This document shows positions 58,966 to 64,000 of a stretch of DNA of 64,000 nt, one piece after another. Within the stretch, counting starts at the first letter, position 1. Each line of letters begins with the position of its first letter. Under the pieces are notes generated by a model that was not told where the DNA came from, ran no database searches, and saw only the letters and a list, made by a program, of their open reading frames with translations. Source of the stretch: Deltaproteobacteria bacterium (GTDB taxonomy: Bacteria; Myxococcota_A; Polyangia; Fen-1088); the NCBI GenBank assembly GCA_033763315.1, contig JANRKS010000040.1:32001-96000 (forward strand), given 5' to 3'. A program made the translations under genes and the position numbers.

Positions 58966-60305
58966 GGTTTTGTGTAGGGATTATCAGCCAAGGGCGGCGT
59001 GGACGAAGGGGGAGACGGGGGACGTGAATTCTGTGCAGAAGGGCCACGAATCACTTTTCGAGCTTTAACTGCCACTCGTGGCTTTGGCTCAGCCAGTGGC
59101 CGAACCTCAGCCTGCACTTGAGCGGGAGGCACGTCAGGTGCCGAAGACGCCTGCGGTGCTTGGGATGTTTGCACGCTAGCACGCTTGGACGTTTGGCCTC
59201 GCGGATAAAGGAACGCTGCCACCGCCAAAGTGGCCACCGAAACCGCTGCCATTGGCAGCAGCCACGCAAGAGGTTTTCGCGGGGCGATCGCCTGAGGCGC
59301 CATGGCACGCTCGCCAAACGGCCGCAGGGCGCGTTCGCGCTGAGACTCAATGGCGTCACCCATGTGGGACAACAGGAAGCGCGAAACCTCGTCGACTTCG
59401 GCCACACCACCACACGCGGCCGCCGCCGCCACCAACTGCTTGCGGAAGAGATCAGCGCTGGCGTAACGTTCGTCCGGCTCTTTCGTCAGCGCGCCATGCA
59501 CAGCGGCCACCAACGCCCGTGGCAGCTCGGGGCGCACGCTGTGCAATGAGGCGATGTGGCCCGCGGACACATCCAGAATAAGCGTGGCCTCGTCCTCGCT
59601 TTGGTAGGGGCGGCGCCCCGCGAGCATTTCCCAGAACGTCACGCCGGCTGCCCACACATCGGCCCTTCGATCCACGGCGCCGCCTCGCAATTGCTCGGGC
59701 GCCATATACCCCAGCTTGCCTTTGATCACACCGGTTCGCGTTTGCCCGGCTTGGGTGGTGGGTTTCGCAATGCCAAAGTCAGACAACAACGTGAGCCCGG
59801 CCCTGGATAGGAGCAAGTTGTGTGGCGACACGTCTCGATGAACCAAGCCCAAGCTTTGCCCCTGTTCGCCCACCGCTTCGTGGGCGGCGTGCAAGCCGGC
59901 CAACGCGTCAAGCATGATTCGCAGTGCCACCGGCAGCGGCATCAGTTCATTGACGTCTCTTAAGTGCCCCAACAGCTGCGCCAACGAGCAACCATCAACC
60001 CAATCCATCACAAGGAACACGCCCTGCTCAGTGTCCCCCACATCCAAAACGGGTAGGACGTTCGGATGACGTATCCCCGCGGCCAAGCGCGCTTCACGCA
60101 GAAAATCCGCGACGTAGGCTTGGTCTTGCCGCAGATGAGGGTGCAGCACTTTGACCGCCACCTCGCGGGCGAAACCGCCGATGCCGGTGGCACGAGCCAA
60201 GTAGACCGTGGCGGCCCCACCCACTCCAAGGGGCGTCAGCAACTCGTAGCGCCCCACAGTCAAATTCGAGGGGGTCACCTCGGCATTCCTGTGTGCTTTG
60301 CTCAT
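58962..60305 (-). CDS. Ser/Thr protein kinase with TM helix
   Basis: GVGGAATVY, VAVK, HRDVSPHN, DFG, GKLGYMAPEQ; TM helix and Pro-rich tail. Confidence 0.94.
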   Translation of the reverse strand: MSKAHRNAEVTPSNLTVGRYELLTPLGVGGAATVYLARATGIGGFAREVAVKVLHPHLRQDQAYVADFLREARLAAGIRHPNVLPVLDVGDTEQGVFLVMDWVDGCSLAQLLGHLRDVNELMPLPVALRIMLDALAGLHAAHEAVGEQGQSLGLVHRDVSPHNLLLSRAGLTLLSDFGIAKPTTQAGQTRTGVIKGKLGYMAPEQLRGGAVDRRADVWAAGVTFWEMLAGRRPYQSEDEATLILDVSAGHIASLHSVRPELPRALVAAVHGALTKEPDERYASADLFRKQLVAAAAACGGVAEVDEVSRFLLSHMGDAIESQRERALRPFGERAMAPQAIAPRKPLAWLLPMAAVSVATLAVAAFLYPRGQTSKRASVQTSQAPQASSAPDVPPAQVQAEVRPLAEPKPRVAVKARKVIRGPSAQNSRPPSPPSSTPPLADNPYTKP

Positions 60306-60350
60306 GCTGGCCTTTGTAGTGTACTGCGCCCCCTGTTAGTGTGAAAGCTC

Positions 60351-61724
60351 ATGAGAGAATCGGATGCGCAGGCGGCGCCTGAAACCACGCAACAGCACAC
60401 GCAAAGCGCTCTGTTTTCCCAGACAGCGGGCGGTGAGCCGCTGGTGTATGAGATCACAGTTCGCTCGGTCGAAACCTCGCAAGAGTTGCACCGCGTGCGC
60501 CTTGATGCGTCACAGCCCGGACGATGCCTTGTGGGCAGCAGCCTCGCGTGCAACATCCGCGTTGAAGATCCCACAGTGTCGCGGCGCCATCTGGCGCTCG
60601 AGGTTCGCGATGGGGCCTTGGTGGTCACCGATTTAGAATCGCGTAACGGCACGCGGATCGCGGGTTTGCGCGTGCGCGAGGCACTGGTCGAGGAGCGCGC
60701 CATCATCGAAATTGGCAGCGTTCGCATCGAAGCCGTCAAACAAACCAAAATCCCGGCCGCCACATTGCCCCCTGATGTGGAATTCGGCAACGTTGTGGGC
60801 GCCAGCCTGCAGATGCGCAGGCTTTATCCTCTGTGCCACAAGCTTGCCCACAGCACGATCCCGGTGGTGATCGAAGGCGAAACGGGCACGGGCAAAGAAG
60901 CTATGGCTGAGGCACTTCACTCGCAAGGGCCACGCGCGAACGCACCTTTTGTGGTTTTCGATTGCACAGCCATTACGGCCAGCCTGTTGGAGGCCGAGCT
61001 GTTTGGTCATGAAAAAGGGGCGTTTACAGGCGCCGACCGTGCGCGCGAGGGCGTGTTTGCGCAGGCCGATGGCGGCACGTTGTTCATTGATGAAATCGGT
61101 GACATGGATCTCGCGCTGCAAGCAAAGCTCTTGCGCGCCATTGATCGCAACGAGGTGCGGCCCATAGGTGGCGCCAAGCCTCTTAAGCTTGACGTGCGCA
61201 TCATCGCAGCCACGCGCCGCGATCTCGACCGCGAAGTGCAAACGGGCCGCTTTCGCGATGATTTGTTTCACCGCTTGGCCATTGGGCGCATTGAACTGCC
61301 ACCTTTGCGCCGGCGCACGGGTGACGTGGCGTTGCTGGCGAAACGTTTCTGGCAAGACTTCGGCGGCCAGGCTCAGGGTCTGCCGATGAGCGTGTTGTCG
61401 CGTTGGGAATCGGATCCATGGACCGGCAACGTGCGCGAGCTGCGCAACGCCGTGGCTCGTTATCTTGCGTTGGGTGAGTTGGCGGAACTGACGACACGCC
61501 ACGCGCCCGAAGAAGAGCCACGGGACGACAAGCTATTTGCGGGTCTGGAAGCGTTGCCGCTGGCGCAAGCGAGGGCCGTCATTGTGGAGCGGTTCGAAAG
61601 GGTGTACATCAACAGGGTTCTTGGCCGTGTCAACGGCAATGTCACCAAGGCAGCGGCACATGCGGGTGTGGCACGCCGCTACTTTCATATCCTCAAGAGC
61701 AAACTGGGTGGCAGCGAGGGCTGA
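60351..61724 (+). CDS. FHA-domain sigma54-dependent enhancer-binding protein (Fis HTH)
   Basis: FHA VSRRH...SRNGT; GETGTGKE, GAFTGA, DEIG, FRDDLFHRL, WTGNVREL; GNVTKAA HTH. Confidence 0.95.
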   Translation: MRESDAQAAPETTQQHTQSALFSQTAGGEPLVYEITVRSVETSQELHRVRLDASQPGRCLVGSSLACNIRVEDPTVSRRHLALEVRDGALVVTDLESRNGTRIAGLRVREALVEERAIIEIGSVRIEAVKQTKIPAATLPPDVEFGNVVGASLQMRRLYPLCHKLAHSTIPVVIEGETGTGKEAMAEALHSQGPRANAPFVVFDCTAITASLLEAELFGHEKGAFTGADRAREGVFAQADGGTLFIDEIGDMDLALQAKLLRAIDRNEVRPIGGAKPLKLDVRIIAATRRDLDREVQTGRFRDDLFHRLAIGRIELPPLRRRTGDVALLAKRFWQDFGGQAQGLPMSVLSRWESDPWTGNVRELRNAVARYLALGELAELTTRHAPEEEPRDDKLFAGLEALPLAQARAVIVERFERVYINRVLGRVNGNVTKAAAHAGVARRYFHILKSKLGGSEG

Positions 61725-61762
61725 TGAATCCCAGCGCTGACGCGCCTAGTGCACGCGGTGGC

Positions 61763-62131
61763 CTAGGGCTCTGAACATAGTTTTGATTTCGCGCACTTGT
61801 TGCCGAAGATGTTCAGCAGATCGAGCGCGTTGCCACATTCGGCCAGCGCGATGGAGTCTAAGCAAACGTCCAAGGCTTCACTGTTGATGCGACCATCGCA
61901 TTGCGAGGGTGGCAAAATGTCCTGCCACAACGAGTTCATCTTCACGTCGCACGCGTCGCGGCTCTCGTACGTTTTGCCCGCGCCCACCTCGCCGCAGGCC
62001 GTGAGGCGATCGCAACTGGCGCGCGCCGTTCGTTCACGCGCCGCGGGTTGGCTGCTGTCATTGCCGCAGGCGCCAAGGGCACCAAGCGAATACACAAACA
62101 TCATGATGTGAAGCCAATGAGCCGAATGCAT
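61763..62131 (-). CDS. DUF6184-like Cys-rich lipoprotein
   Basis: LGAC lipobox; ARASCDR...CGEVGAGKTYESRDAC...C...CLDSI...C...C...LC. Start could be 62104 or 62101. Confidence 0.72.
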   Translation of the reverse strand: MHSAHWLHIMMFVYSLGALGACGNDSSQPAARERTARASCDRLTACGEVGAGKTYESRDACDVKMNSLWQDILPPSQCDGRINSEALDVCLDSIALAECGNALDLLNIFGNKCAKSKLCSEP

Positions 62132-62143
62132 ATGTTCACACTC

Positions 62144-62159
62144 AGCAAAGCTTGGACCA
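62144..62159 (-). promoter_or_regulatory. Putative sigma54 promoter of the DUF6184-like gene
   Basis: Minus strand TGGTCCAAGCTTTGCT = GG-N10-GC, about 12 bp before ATG 62131. Confidence 0.55.
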
Positions 62160-62283
62160 CGGCCATGACACAAAGGCTATCTGGGCCCGAGGCAACGCCT
62201 GTGTGATCTGGTGGATCGCACGGCGAGGGTCATGAGATCCCACAGATCCCGTTTTTCGGTGCAGTCCCGCCCGAGGACACTCT

Positions 62284-63231
62284 TTAGAAAGTCACACCAT
62301 CCACATAAAACGTGACGCGCGTGCCGTCTTCGCGAGTGACAGCCTGCACCCCAAACTGCAATAGATCCTGCGTGTCATAGTTGTTTGGCAAAGTGAGATC
62401 GAAATCGATCCACGTGTTGCGCGCCAGGAGATCAGCCAGCTTGAAGTTGCCTTGCCAAAGCCCGGCCTTCGTGATGGCGAACGGTTGCAGAGCAAACAGG
62501 GCGCTGCTGTCTTTGCCCGCGGGAATAAAGAAGTGAAACCGGATCGTCTGGCCTGGTCTCAAGACAGGCGTTTGATCCTGCAAAACGCCGATGTAGCGCG
62601 CCTTCTCAACGTCTGACTTTTTCGTTGCGAAACTGATCTCGAGCGAAGCGCTGCCACTCCAAGCGCGCTCGGTCGTGCGGGTGACTTGCGCGCCCGCGCC
62701 TTTAATGTCCTGCCAGCCCTGGGTACCGGTTTCAAAATCGAAGGACTTCGCGCGCGGGGCCGACGGGACCTCGATGCCGTTCGTGCCGCCGCCTGAAGGT
62801 GGGTAAGAGCCCCCCATGGCGCTGCCGCCGCTACCGCTCACGCCACCGGTCATGGGCAGTGGCTGTGGCAGGCCGGGAGAACTGCCAGCGACCGCGCCGC
62901 CAACCGAACCACCGCCAGCCAACCCACCAAGCTGAGCCGCGCCCCCGCTGCCAGGCACGCCCGTGGTGCCGCCGTTCCCGCCCGTGGCAAGTGGAGAGCC
63001 ACCGCTGCCACCCAACGATCCTGCGTCAGCTCGGTTCTCGGGTCCGCCCGTGTCACCACCACCACCTTCATCGTCTCCCGATCCAGCGGGCAGCTCTTCG
63101 TCTGTACTCTCTTCGTCCGAAGGCACGCCCGTGAGGTGAATGTCTTCGGTCGACAAAGTGCACGCAGCCACGAAGAGCAGCAGCCCCACCAGGCAGCCAC
63201 CGGTTCCCCGCCCTTGTCCTGACACGATCAT
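62284..63231 (-). CDS. Lipoprotein with Gly-rich linker and C-terminal carbohydrate-binding-module-like domain
   Basis: VAAC lipobox; SFDFETGTQGW...AWSGSASL...NTW...FGVQ...FYVDGVTF galactose-binding-like sandwich. Confidence 0.75.
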   Translation of the reverse strand: MIVSGQGRGTGGCLVGLLLFVAACTLSTEDIHLTGVPSDEESTDEELPAGSGDDEGGGGDTGGPENRADAGSLGGSGGSPLATGGNGGTTGVPGSGGAAQLGGLAGGGSVGGAVAGSSPGLPQPLPMTGGVSGSGGSAMGGSYPPSGGGTNGIEVPSAPRAKSFDFETGTQGWQDIKGAGAQVTRTTERAWSGSASLEISFATKKSDVEKARYIGVLQDQTPVLRPGQTIRFHFFIPAGKDSSALFALQPFAITKAGLWQGNFKLADLLARNTWIDFDLTLPNNYDTQDLLQFGVQAVTREDGTRVTFYVDGVTF

Positions 63232-63410
63232 GAGGGAGATCTGCAGGGTAGAACCAGCTTCCGCAAGATACAGTTAACTCTCTGATGCAAAATCTTACAC
63301 GTCGGTATGATCGTGATTCTCAATTGTTTCATCGAAAGCACAGCGGTTACAGGCGGGGCACCTTCCAACGACTTTCTCGCGTCATCACATAGCCCGCCAG
63401 CCGCAGGCAC

Positions 63411-64000
63411 TTAGCGTTTGAAGGGGGCACCTGGCGCAGCGGCCGGCGTGGCCTTGGGCTTGGCCTTCGCCTTTTTGGGCGCACGTGGCGGCGGCGCCAC
63501 CCGCTTTCGAGGTTTGCGCGCCTTGGTCACTTTATTAAGGGACGCCTTATTGAGGGACGGCTTGGGTTCCACAGCGGACCGGGGCATCACGGGCGCCGTG
63601 ACATTTGCTCGTGGCGGCGGTGGGGTGCCGGCTGCGCCGCGCAACATATAGGGTGCCGCGTATTCCAAGTGGATGTGGTCGCGGTGATCATCATTGTCAT
63701 CCGGCGTGACGATGATTCGCAGGTCCGTTTCCAACTTCAACCGGCAAACGAGCGTGCGCAACGTGCGCCCACGCTCTGTCTTGGGGCTGCCGATGCACGC
63801 TTGCAGCGCGCCTTCGTTCGGCACCAGATGCAACCACGCGCCAACGCCGCGCTCGAAATCCGCGGCAACGTCGTGCTTGCCGGCAACGCCATCAAACACG
63901 TGCACATCTATCGCGCGCCCGAAGGAGTGCGATGACAGTTGCGATGTTCCACGACGCGTGCGGTGATCATAGGCGGCGGAGAACCGCAGCTCGTTGAGCC
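63411..64000 (-). CDS. Extensin-like C-terminal domain protein (peptidase M15-like fold); 5'-partial
   Basis: Frame is open to the window edge: AYDHR...LSSHSFGRAIDV...VTPDDNDDHRDHIHLE, then a Lys/Pro-rich tail. Confidence 0.82.
   Translation of the reverse strand, partial: LNELRFSAAYDHRTRRGTSQLSSHSFGRAIDVHVFDGVAGKHDVAADFERGVGAWLHLVPNEGALQACIGSPKTERGRTLRTLVCRLKLETDLRIIVTPDDNDDHRDHIHLEYAAPYMLRGAAGTPPPPRANVTAPVMPRSAVEPKPSLNKASLNKVTKARKPRKRVAPPPRAPKKAKAKPKATPAAAPGAPFKR

Overview
64 kb of densely packed, GC-rich bacterial chromosome. The gene content points to a myxobacterium (Myxococcota, probably Polyangia; inference): three eukaryote-like Ser/Thr kinases, an FHA-sigma54 activator, and many Cys-rich, EGF, Kazal and LamG secreted proteins and lipoproteins. 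About 55 real CDSs can be supported; most short ORFs in the track are GC-shadow frames. I saw no rRNA, tRNA, CRISPR array, transposase or integrase. The best candidate for an undescribed system is a tightly coupled minus-strand operon (15644-21451): Cys-rich di-heme peroxidase-family lipoprotein, outer-membrane barrel, type-1-copper cupredoxin, and a membrane Ser/Thr kinase with a Cache-like periplasmic domain. It looks like a trans-envelope redox, gas or metal-sensing module. Other points of interest are a circularly permuted Tat-exported D-amino-acid oxidase, a cNMP-binding/PilZ-like fusion, a minimal NB-ARC protein, an orphan cobalamin-riboswitch-like element, several gene remnants, four sigma54 promoters and a recurring leaderless-promoter signature. 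All assignments come from motif recognition by eye; no database search was run.
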